Source of the DNA: Eukaryota sp. TZLM1-RC
Lineage: Eukaryota > Protista > Metamonada: BaSk clade
NCBI GenBank assembly: GCA_040285825.1
Contig: JAUPSS010000003.1
Location: forward strand, 310,001-374,000
Length of the DNA stretch: 64,000 bases
Direction of reading: 5' to 3'
A program made the translations under genes and the position numbers. Shown piece after piece: positions 11,914 to 22,399 of this stretch (position 1 is the first letter of the stretch; every line of letters begins with the position of its first letter). A model generated the notes under the pieces. The model saw only the letters and a list, made by a program, of their open reading frames with translations, was not told the DNA's origin and did not search any database.

Positions 11914-14079
11914 ATGGAAACTGTTCAACATAAACCTTATGATGGTTATAAGGACAGTCTAAAAAAGTGTCATCAGAGATCCGAAAATGATTGAAGTGAT
12001 CGATGAGGCAGTAATTAGGTGTCAGCAAATTTCTATTGTTGGTTTAGAATTCATTTGTGGTTATTAATTGCATCTTTTTGACTTAAACCCAAATGCAATT
12101 TTACCAAAAATTGAAACCCAATTATTTCGTGACGCTTTTCTTGTGGTCACGTCCCAAAGTGAGGAGGAAAGTTCCCTTAACGCAAAGACAAAAACAGCTT
12201 TGCAAAATTCTCGTTGTGCCCCGTTGGTGGAATTCTATCATTCTTGTTCCAAAAGTTTTATCAAAAAGGAATAAGTAAATTTTTGTATTACACAATTGAC
12301 AAACTGATTGTGAATTTCAAAAATAACATCCAGCAGCATTACTTTGATTACTTAAATCGGTTTGTCGATGTTGTTCATGATGTTAAGAGAAACAACATTG
12401 TCCTGAAAAAGCAAGATAAGAAAAACTTCTCTTCATTCATCAACAAAGTTAAATCTCTCCTTCTAGAAGGATGTAGAGATGTTGATGGCGAAACTTCTGC
12501 AATGAGAAACAAAGTCCCATTAATTACTTCGCTTTTCATTAATTGCCGGATCCCTCTTTTACTTTTCAGTAATTTTAAAAGGGAAAAGTATTCAAAATTT
12601 GATTTTTCATCAAAATCAAAATGCTCTTTGAGGGCAACGTTTTATATTAAAAATTATTTAGAAGATGAGGAGAGCAAACTCTTTCATGCTGTGTTTTTGA
12701 AGAATTCTTGTATTCCCTCCTATATCAGAATTGACAAGACAAGTTTATTGGACTTGTTCTTTGTCGAATTCAAGGATATTCTTGGTCAAAGGTCGTCCTA
12801 CCAATGCAATAATCAAGCTGCTGATTTGGTTTTATGGAATACCTTCTTGAAAATGGATAGGATAAAAACACTAAACATTATTCAGAAAATTCCAAGTACA
12901 TCATGTCTAGTATCGAGACTGATGGAATAGCAGTTAGTTTCATTCAATCTAGAATGGACTTGAAAAAGTACAAGGTAACTGCAAAAAAATTAAAAGATAA
13001 AGAAAAATATATTGATGATCCCAGCATCAATCCTTCTGAATTCCAAGAGCTGCTGATCCAGGGAAGTCTGATCTACTCTATTTTCTGCCAATTTAGCTAC
13101 TGGAATGACACATTCAAATAAACCTGAGAGAGATAAATATGTTCATTTCAGGTACACTCAAAATCAACGAAGATTTGAGTCGAAAAGTTCCAAATTCAAA
13201 AGAATAAGAGACAGCATACGGAATGACACTCTGATCACAATAAGTAAGTCTACTGGTAGAGTGATTGATCTATCCAATTATGAACCATCTGAAAAGCAAC
13301 AACAAAGGATGCATTTAAACAGCAGTATAATTAATCAAATGACTGAAAGAACAATTAGTTTATTAAGAGGAAAAGTATCTCAAGAAATCAATTTTCCCCT
13401 AGAAATTGATAACTCATTAGATTTGAGAAATTATGATCACACGACTAAATCTGTAGCAGAATGGGAAGCAACTTTGTCCTATTTCAATTCCAAAAGCGAC
13501 AGATTTGATAGATTTATGGAGTATATTAAACAAAAGAATTATGCGAATAGTATTGTTGGTGACGTCTATCATCAAAAAATATTTAGGAAACTAAGATGGT
13601 GGGCTGAGATTAATCGCACAAGATCTGAGGCGAAGATGATTCAGAGATTCAAATCAGTAATTGGTGATCCCAGCCAAGTAGTTATTGGAATCGGAGACTG
13701 GGAACAACGAAAACACATGAAGTTCAAAGAACCTACCAAGGGAAAAGGTTTGAGATTTCTATTTAAAAAGGCTGATTATAAGGTCTTTTTAATTGATGAG
13801 TTTTGAACCAGTTGCTGTTGTTTCAACTGTAGGAAAACGGAGAAAACAGTTGAAACATTGCGATGGTGCAGAAATCCTAGGCCATGGAAGAGGCATGAGA
13901 TGTCTATTCGTCACGGGCTTACCATGTGTAAATCATGTGAAAGTTTGTGGAATAGAGATCGAAATGCATCGCTAAATATGTTGGCGGTGATGGAAGCACA
14001 TGTAAATGATGGAGATAGACCAGGATACCTGCAGAGAGTCAAGGTTGGGGGAGGCTCAAAGAAAAAGGTATCGAGATGA
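11914..14079 (+). pseudogene. Fanzor (Fanzor1-like, TnpB-derived RuvC nuclease), disrupted
   Basis: N-terminal KDSLK..IEVIDEAVIR; IETDGIAVSF; RuvC-I AADPGKSDLLY (after frameshift); VIGIGDW; DEF*TS-CCCFNC; NPRPW; CKSC..WNRDRNASLNM RuvC-III. Confidence 0.9.
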
Positions 14080-16535
14080 AAATCTCGATTTCTGATGCAA
14101 ACTCTGATACCCTTGAAAAACTTCAAAAGTTGCATCCTCAAGAAAATTTCAAGTGCAGCAAGCCTGAAGTGTGTCCTTTTTGGATTGAAAACCCTATTAC
14201 TGCAATTGAAGTTCTTAAAGCTATTCAAAAATTGCCAAAGGGGAAAGCAGCAGGCCCATCTGGAATTTCTTTTGATCTGTTAAAAATAGCGTGTTCCAGT
14301 GCTCCCGAAATTGCTGATGATCTAGCCCACTATTTTCAACAATTGATTGTTTTGAAAATTAATCCTCCATTTGAATTACTCGCAGCACGTCTGATTGCTT
14401 TAGTAAAGCCTGGAAACGGAATCAAACCTGATGGAATACGCCCAATTGCTGTTGGTGAATCTCTTTCTCGTTTGCTAGCATCAATTGTCTTCGATCGTGT
14501 CAAAGACAAAGCTTCTACATTTTTGAATCCTCATCAATTTGGAATCAAAACAATTGATGGTGCTTCTGTTGCTGCTATTGCCTCTGATACCTTTTTTAAT
14601 GCAGAGGAAAATAATTTTATTTTTAATCTCGACTTTAAAAATGCTTTTAATTCTGTAAAGCGAGAAGCAATTTTTGAAGTTATTAAATCTGATTTTCCTG
14701 AGCTATCGAGTTTTTTCTACCATTTTTATGGGAAAGAATCAGATTTAATTTTTAATTCATTTGGTCTGAAATCATCTTCTGGAGTGAAGCAGGGAGATCC
14801 TTTAGGCCCATTATTGTTTTGTTTAGCTATTCACAAAACTTTAAATATCATTAAGCAAAAATACCCTTCTATAAAAATAGTTGCTTATATGGATGATATA
14901 TCCTTGATTGGTTCATTTGATTTACTAGAATTGGTTGCTCATGAAATTGCCGATTCATATGAAAATATTGGGCTTCATCTTAATGCCAGCAAATGCCTTC
15001 TGATTGGCTCTTCTGCTCAAGACCTCGTGATAAACGATTCTATTGTCCCTTTTACTAATTATAGTAGTGATGCTTTTAGGTTCCTTGGTTGTTGGTTAGG
15101 AAATGTGCCTCAAATTCAGAATGAATTGCAAGTTATTTTAGAAAAAATGAAAGTTGAACTTGATTCAATTTCTTCTTTAGATATAGAAAAGCATATTAAA
15201 TTTTTCATGCTTAAAATTTGCTACACTGGGAGAATAACCCACATTTTGAGATCTTGTGCTCCTTCCATAGCATTAGATTTTTGTCGTTCTTTTAATTCAT
15301 TGAGAACAGAATTTTTTGCTGATTTATTGGATGTAGAACCAGGAACGTTGAAAAGCCATTTATTTTCTTCAGCAAATTTGGGTGGTATTGGTTTTACTAA
15401 ATCTTCAATTTTGTGTCAATCAGCATTCTTGGGTGGTGGCAAAAATTTTATTTATGAATTTTCTCGTAGATTTCCTGATGATTCTCATCTGTTAGTCCCC
15501 AATTGTAGTCCCTTTTTGTATGAGTTATCTTGTGAACTTGAAAAATTACCGCCACAAATTTGGACCAAATGTTTTCCTCAATCAATTCAAGAAATTCCAA
15601 ACCGATCTCTATTTAATTTACAGTTTTGCTGTAAAAAGCTTCAACAAAAATTGTCAAAGATTTTTGAAAGCTTGGATTTTGATGTTTGACTTGGCTTGGC
15701 CAAGAAAAAGAATCCCGCTTTTGCAAATCTTTTACAAGATATGTGTGACAGTACTTCTTCTGCCTTAGTAACAACAATTCCACAAGTTTATGGTACTCTC
15801 TTATTCGATTCTGCTTGGACTTTGAATATGAGATTTCGTTCCTTTATCTGGCCTGATAATTTACCTCATAATTTAATTTGTAAATGTTCTCGAGAAATTA
15901 CAACTACTCATTTGTTAAATTGTAAACATTTTATTACTTTTAGAAGCAAGGTTCATGATGCTGTAAGAGACCAGTTATATTCTATGTGTAAATCTCATAG
16001 AATTGAATCCTTCTTGGAACCTTTGTTGTCAAATCTGTTTGATGCTGAAAATGATTTTCATAAGAATAATAGAGGTGATGTCATATTACCTGGATTAGAT
16101 GGAAGCTTCATTTTATTGGAATTAATGTCTGTTGATCCTTGTAATGCCTCAAATGAAAGGCTTGTTAATTCTGAAATTCATAATCCCCTTTCAAATGCTG
16201 AAAATTTTAAATTCAAAAAATACTATGAACCATTGTCCAAATTGGCCAGTCTACAGCATGCAAAATACAATTTGTATCCATTTGTATTTTCCCTTTTTGG
16301 TTCACTTGCACCAACTGCTTTACGTTTTTTGGATGATTTTGAAATGATTGTAAAGAGAAGAACTGGCAGAAATTTCAACAGATTGTTTTGGCAAAATAGA
16401 ATTGTGTTTTCTATTTTTAAGGGGATGTTGAAGATGGTTTCTGATGCTTTGCTTTCTCTTGGATCTCACTATGAGAGAGTTGCATCTAGTGTTTTTGTTT
16501 TGGGAGAGATGGATTTTTTAGATGTTGATTTATAG
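14076..16535 (+). pseudogene. RT - zinc knuckle - restriction-like endonuclease ORF with a single in-frame TGA (15687-15689)
   Basis: IRPIAVGE, QFG, DFKNAFNSV, GVKQGDPLGP, AYMDDI; CKC..H..C, RSKVHDAVRD, RGD, KFKKY, PFVFSLFG; paralog at 22417 has Arg at the stop position. Confidence 0.9.
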
Positions 16536-16565
16536 GTTTAGAATAAAATTAAATTTTAAAAAAAA
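14086..16565 (+). mobile_element. 5'-truncated CRE-like non-LTR retrotransposon inserted at the Fanzor stop codon
   Basis: TSD AGATGAAAATCT at 14074-14085 and 16566-16577; AATAAA and A-tail at 16542-16566; RT + RLE ORF. Confidence 0.92.
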
Positions 16566-16577
16566 AGATGAAAATCT

Positions 16578-16630
16578 TCCATTTCTCAAAAACTCAGTCC
16601 CTCTACATCGGTGTAAAAAGGACACTTATT
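16578..16630 (+). ncRNA. Displaced Fanzor 3' end / candidate omegaRNA remainder
   Basis: Follows the right TSD copy; hairpin GTCCCT(16597-16602)/AGGGAC(16619-16624) enclosing TACA-TCGG-TGTA. Confidence 0.45.
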
Positions 16631-16657
16631 TCATTGTTATAGACATCATCTGTAACA

Positions 16658-17632
16658 ATGGATGAATCTTATGAACTCAACGAACTACTACTAGAAGCCG
16701 GTCTGCATGATCACGCTGGACCAAAACATACAAATCCCAAAGCTGGTCTACCAATATATCTCTGTGCTGGTTGTTTCATTCTCTTTTGTGTTATTGCACT
16801 TATCTTTCTACTGTGGATTCAGTACAAACCTGATGTATGCGAAACAGAGCTTCAAGTAGTCACTGAAATACGTCTTTTTCAACCTGTCATATACCAACCC
16901 ATTTCTGCAGATATCTTTCTTCCATTTGGTTCTCTTCTTGTTGAGCGTTCTCCTGATCACTACATTCATCTTAAAATCAAAAAAAGATTTAACAAGGCTT
17001 CTTTCAATCTATTAGCCCAACTGGCAGACAATGCTCTCACTATCCGCTACGATCCTACCTTTCTTGATAACATTATCCACTGCAGAGTGGTAGATTTGGT
17101 TCTCTATCTTCCAGATTCACTGACCATCAACTCCTTCACCGCTTCTGTCACTCACTCCATTGGATCTTCTAATGAATTTGCTATTTCTCTACACAAACTG
17201 TCTGCTCACTTGTTCTTTTTAACTTCAAACAAGGGAGCTTTAATTGCAAACTCTCTTTACTTTCAAGATGCTTATTTCCTTCTCTTATCTTGTACTGGGT
17301 CGATTGATTCTCTTCACGGAATTGCTTCTACCTCTATGACTGAAGTGATTCTTTATGACTCTTCCATTGTTGTCCAAACTCTCTTTCAAGGAGGTTTGAC
17401 TCTTTCTTCTCAGTATTCTCGTCTCCATTCTGTTCAACTTGGCATTTACTATGGTTGGAAAGGTGAATTCGACATTGAGAATAACGAGGGGGTTATCAAA
17501 CTCAAGGGCGATGGACTGGAGGTTACCCTAGATGAAGAAAGTAGGAAACAAGGCTATTTTCATCAGGCTGACAGTGGTTCTTCTTTGACTATTGATGCTG
17601 ACGTGAAATTGATTGAAGTTGCTGTTCCGTGA
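16658..17632 (+). CDS. Hypothetical single-pass membrane protein
   Basis: Intact 324-aa ORF with a hydrophobic segment near residues 32-55 and a beta-rich remainder. Confidence 0.75.
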   Translation: MDESYELNELLLEAGLHDHAGPKHTNPKAGLPIYLCAGCFILFCVIALIFLLWIQYKPDVCETELQVVTEIRLFQPVIYQPISADIFLPFGSLLVERSPDHYIHLKIKKRFNKASFNLLAQLADNALTIRYDPTFLDNIIHCRVVDLVLYLPDSLTINSFTASVTHSIGSSNEFAISLHKLSAHLFFLTSNKGALIANSLYFQDAYFLLLSCTGSIDSLHGIASTSMTEVILYDSSIVVQTLFQGGLTLSSQYSRLHSVQLGIYYGWKGEFDIENNEGVIKLKGDGLEVTLDEESRKQGYFHQADSGSSLTIDADVKLIEVAVP

Positions 17633-18246
17633 TTATGTTGTTTAAGAAGGAAGGATTTGCATTTTGTATATTCAGAATTTATTACTTTTGATTGAAAGCT
17701 ATTGATTGTTACTTCACTTATTTATTTCTGCAAAATTCTGTTTGTTTAGTTTGTTTAGTTTGTTTATTTAATATCACTCTTAGAAATAGAACGGGGTCAA
17801 CTGGGAGAAATCTAATCGTTGTATCTATTCTTTAATCTTTATTTTTTTATTCTATTTATTGTGGTTAAACATTGATAACTCTGTCTCAATAAACTGAACA
17901 GCTACTCGAATTATTAGTTGTAGTTACCTCCGAATATACTTTTACTCAATGGATAAGATTTTGATAAAGTACTTCTTTGCTATTATTATTGGAAAAAATC
18001 AACCATTGATGTTTTCATTTTGCAAAAATTGTTATTGAAAATAAGATAATGAGTTATTAATGAGTGAAAAAAAATACGCAAACAAATAGTGATCATTATT
18101 AATAATTTTATTGCTTCAAGCAGATAAAAAGGAATGTTGTTGTTTTGGAAAAAAAATATCTGCACGTTGAAAATAAATAAATAAACTGAGGATATCCAAT
18201 TCTAAATAAACTTTTTTTGGGAAAAAGATAATTCAATAAACAAGTG

Positions 18247-18975
18247 CTAAGAACGAACCATATTTAGAACAAAAGACTTAACAGATGCCGACAGCTGCGA
18301 ATGAATGACATCACAAGCATTACTCAGGGCATCGTAAAGGTCTTCAAACATATCAATGGGGAGTCTATTATTCATTTGAGCAAGAGCACACTTAGATTCA
18401 CTGGGTGCAAAGGACAGCACTACAGAAAGACAAGGTCCACTTTCTTCTTGGGATGTAAGGTCTAGAAGAATGTCTTTTCCTATGAACCCCCCAGAACATG
18501 CAACTATAAAGTCATTGATAGCAATACCAGCATCGATAAGAGCAAGGGTTGTTGCGTTTATAGCAGCTGCAAGAACAGAACCGTCAGACTGAAGTAGTTG
18601 AATAGAAACAACAATCTCAGATTTAGGGTACCTGCTGGCAATAACCTGGTTCTGCACAATTGACTTGATTTGCATGGATAACTCTGTTGAAAAACGATCA
18701 GATCTTCTACGTTCACGTTTCTCCCCTGATGCAAATAAAGATTGTCCAAACTCTACTTTGACGGAAACTGTGTCATGAAGAACATCTCTACGGCGAGAAG
18801 CTTCCTTTGGACCAAAAACTGAAACTAAAAGTTTTGTGTTGCCTTGAGAATAAGTTACACTGCCATCTGCATTAGAAATAGAACCAAGAGAAAAAGTTAT
18901 GTTCCGAACTTCAAGAGACCTACGTCCATCAACACGAAGACCGGCTAGAGACAAATATTCCCTACGCAACACCAT
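18247..18975 (-). CDS. RRP41: Exosome complex component RRP41 (RNase PH family)
   Basis: GLRVDGRR, ADGS..QGNTK..VFGPKE, YPKSEI, DGSVLAAAINATTLALIDAGI. Confidence 0.95.
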   Translation of the reverse strand: MVLRREYLSLAGLRVDGRRSLEVRNITFSLGSISNADGSVTYSQGNTKLLVSVFGPKEASRRRDVLHDTVSVKVEFGQSLFASGEKRERRRSDRFSTELSMQIKSIVQNQVIASRYPKSEIVVSIQLLQSDGSVLAAAINATTLALIDAGIAINDFIVACSGGFIGKDILLDLTSQEESGPCLSVVLSFAPSESKCALAQMNNRLPIDMFEDLYDALSNACDVIHSQLSASVKSFVLNMVRS

Positions 18976-19021
18976 AAAAATAGAGAATGGTACAGGATGG
19001 TAATTGAAATTGATTCATTTT

Positions 19022-20680
19022 TTTAACTGGAATATTTATTGAGAAAAAAAACTACCTAGAATTCAATATCCTCCAAACCAGCTTCACTTTTACTAAACCT
19101 ACTCACAGCATTACGTTCATATTCTACACCAATAGCTAAAAGTGCCTTTGAAATTATTGTTGGAATAGACTTGAAAATGCAAAAAACAATTCTATTTAAC
19201 CAGAAAGTGGAATTCATTGTTTTACTAGACCTATTTAGTAACACTTTTTTTTGAAAATTTCAAAAAAGTGCAACCCTGAGGGTCCAATATTGCCAAAAAG
19301 AGAAATTGCAAACGGCACAAACTGATATTTCACATGTTACACACTACCTAACTGTGCCAAAGGTTCTTCATATTTTTTTATCTTCTTTTTTTCGGCGTCA
19401 GATAACGGCGAGTCAGCGGAATACACTAAACGAGCAGCAGAATTTTTGCAAACATCCACTGAGACAACGTCTACAACATTGAGAACACCATGGATCCCTG
19501 GAGCTACTAAATCTGCCCTTCTTTTACCAAAGGAATCATCAGTTTGATCTGAAGACAGCTTACGTACTAGTGGCTCAATAAATGCCTCTATATTGAAACT
19601 TTTGCACATGGCATATAATTGATCACGAACTGAGTCATGAACAAGTGAGCGATAAGTTATAAAATACTTACAGTTTAAAATATGGGAAAGCGTAACAACA
19701 CTCTTGCAGCGACAAATTAAATCATTTGGTAATGAACAAGGCCATAGAAAACATCTCATTCTCACTGCAGTGGACCATTGGTGATCATTAAGTAGAAGGC
19801 CATAAATGTTGGGAATTTGGGAGATTAGGCAACTTGAGCAACTGTCTTCAAGATCAATCAAAATGTTTGCAAAAACGGGATTTTTTTCCTTAGCCAAGCT
19901 AAGAAGTACAATGTAATCCAAGTTTTCTAAAACTTTCAAGATTTTTTTCTGCAATTTTGCAAAAGTCAGTGGTAAGGAGAGCAAGCTTCTTGGAGGAAGT
20001 TCTACAATATCAAAGGGGAAAAATTTAGACCAAATATTGGGTGAAAGAGTTTCAATTTCCTGTTGCAAAGAAATAAGATAAGAGCTTCCACAATTTTCAA
20101 TGAGATCAATTTTTTCAGGAAAACGATTCACAAATTCATAAATAGAATTCTTACCACCTACAATAAAGGCAGCTTTACAAAGGTAGCTTGATTTATGAAA
20201 ATCAACACCACTAAAATTTGTACTACAAAAAATGTGGCTTCGTAACTGAGATGCATCAATTTCCAACAATTTTTCTAAAAAATTGGTTCTTTGTTCATTA
20301 AAAATTCGACAAAACTCCAAAGAAATTGATGGTGATGTTGATCTCAAAATATGAGTAAATTTTTCAGAATAACAAATTTTTTTGGAAAAAGAAATTCAAA
20401 TGTTTCTCAATATTTAAATTTTCTATTGATTCTAATTCATTTCCAAATTGAGTCAACAGAGTCGAAAGTTGGCCTTTGACTTCTTCAACATTTCCGAGAT
20501 AACAACCCAAAAAACGAAAACCAGACTGATCATAATTGATAAAGGGGACATTGACATCATTAATGAAAAAAATCAATTGGTTCGTGGCCAATAATCAAAC
20601 ATTTGGAGATATTCAATGAGAGACCAATATCTTCATAACGCTGATGAATAAAAATTGCTATTTGTTTGAGAATTGTAATA
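19022..20680 (-). mobile_element. 5'-truncated CRE-like retrotransposon (RT C-terminus + RLE), degenerate
   Basis: ORFs 20364-20591, 19337-20347 and 19056-19244; A-tail; candidate TSD GATTCATTTT at 19012-19021 and 20681-20690; near-identical to 32601-34047. Confidence 0.88.
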
Positions 20681-21309
20681 GATTCATTTTGAAGCAATTT
20701 CATTTTGATGAATGCTTGAATTGCCTGAAGCCCAGAAATTATCGAGAAAAGCCTGATAACTATTAAGATAGTTCCTTGTCAGATACCTCTGTCTACTCAA
20801 GAGCTTGGAGATTGGAATTTTGACAGAGTCTTGATTATTGAATCTTCATAATTGATTGTTTTTACAATCTTAGTATGTGCAGAGCTCGCACATCCCTCAA
20901 TACTGAAGACGATGGGTTTAGGTAGTTTGTTTCCTTTTCTCTGAAGTTCTTTGTTCTATCAGTAGTGTAAGAATTAATTACTATCAGTATGTTTCATTTT
21001 TCTTGAAATTTCTGTCTTTTTTCTTTAAACAACTTGTGTGGATATTCTTCCCACTCTTTCTATTGTTTTCAAGGCGCACACTGTTTTTCATTTTTTTGCA
21101 ATTTGTTTGTTTCTATATCCTTAATATTGATTCCTTCAGATTCAATATCACTCATCTTAGCAGCCTCTGATTTCCCCAGGATTAGGAATTTAGGAGACTA
21201 ATACACTGTCTGTACTAGATTCGCATCATATTTGTCTATGTCAATACCAGCAATAACTGTAACTTTCAATGAATTCAATTCAATCTCACTCAGAAATGCA
21301 ATTTTTGAG

Positions 21310-22390
21310 TTTTGTGGAAGAGTTGCAGTTTGGGAAAATTTATTAGTGACAACGCAAAGTTCTACAATTTTTCTTTAAATAAAGAAATTTTAAAATCGAT
21401 TCTTTCCCCAATCATTCAATGGCATTATTCCAGAAAAAGATCTTTTAAATTTAAAATACACTCTTCGAACATTACAGAAACGATGGACTGGAATGTATGA
21501 AAATGAACTTTATAATAATATATGCAGTTCGGCTGTTTTAAATCAAGATCTTCACTCATTGTTATTGGAAAAGGGTGTTTGTGAGAATAGGTCATCAGAT
21601 TCATCACATTTTGTAACCATTGTACCACAAAGATTTGGACTGTGTGCTACTCATAAAGCATTGGTAACAAAAATGAGATTATATTTGAACGTCCCCATCA
21701 ATCAACTCCTAAATCAAAAGAACAATGTATTTGTTCGAATTCATCTCAACTGACTTTGCACCATGCTCTGAAATGTTCTCAATTGACAACTTATCGTTCT
21801 TCATTACATGAAGCTGTTAGAAACACTGTTTTCAATATGGCACAAACTGCAACAATATCCTGTATCAAAGAGCCTCTGCTGAAGGAAACACTTTCTCTGA
21901 ATAATTTTGGTTCTGATGAAAGCGGTGGTGTATACTGTGATTGGATTGATAACTCTGAAGCTCTTGTTGACTTTGTCTCCTGTAATGTTGCAAATGACAC
22001 TTTGGTTCAAAGAAGAAAACTTAATCCTGTAAGTGCTCTTGAATTTAAAGCTGAAGGAAAACATAGAAAATATGATAAAGATATTGAAGAAGCTAATGCT
22101 GATAGAAATAGACCACTTGTGTTTATTGCTTTCCCATTTTCGATAAACGGAAGACTATCAGTAGAAGCAGGAACTTTTTTGAATGATTTCCAAAAATGGT
22201 CCAAGAAAAAAACAATGAACAGATTTGATATTTTTTATGGCGCTCTCGGATTCAATTTGCCATTATTAATAGATTACCTCGGTTTTTCAATCGAATTAGA
22301 GAAACTTTAGCTAGACAGCAAGCAGATCAAGGTTTTGTAGAGGAAAACTTGGTTCCTTGAATTCTGTCCCATTAGTTATGAGTTTATTTT
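21310..22390 (+). mobile_element. CRE-like retrotransposon 3' fragment (second family)
   Basis: HHALKC..RSSLHEAVRN, KEP, KHRKY, FPFSINGRL; copy at 34512-35160; boundaries approximate. Confidence 0.8.
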
Positions 22391-22399
22391 GTTAATTAT

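Noticed and set aside
13858-15689. Fanzor and RT as a native two-gene operon
   Set aside because: The TSD, A-tail and 5' truncation show a secondary insertion; kept only as a conditional finding.
10576-16535. Stop-codon reassignment explaining the in-frame stops
   Set aside because: Host genes end in TAA, TAG and TGA, and the stops co-occur with frameshifts in decayed elements.
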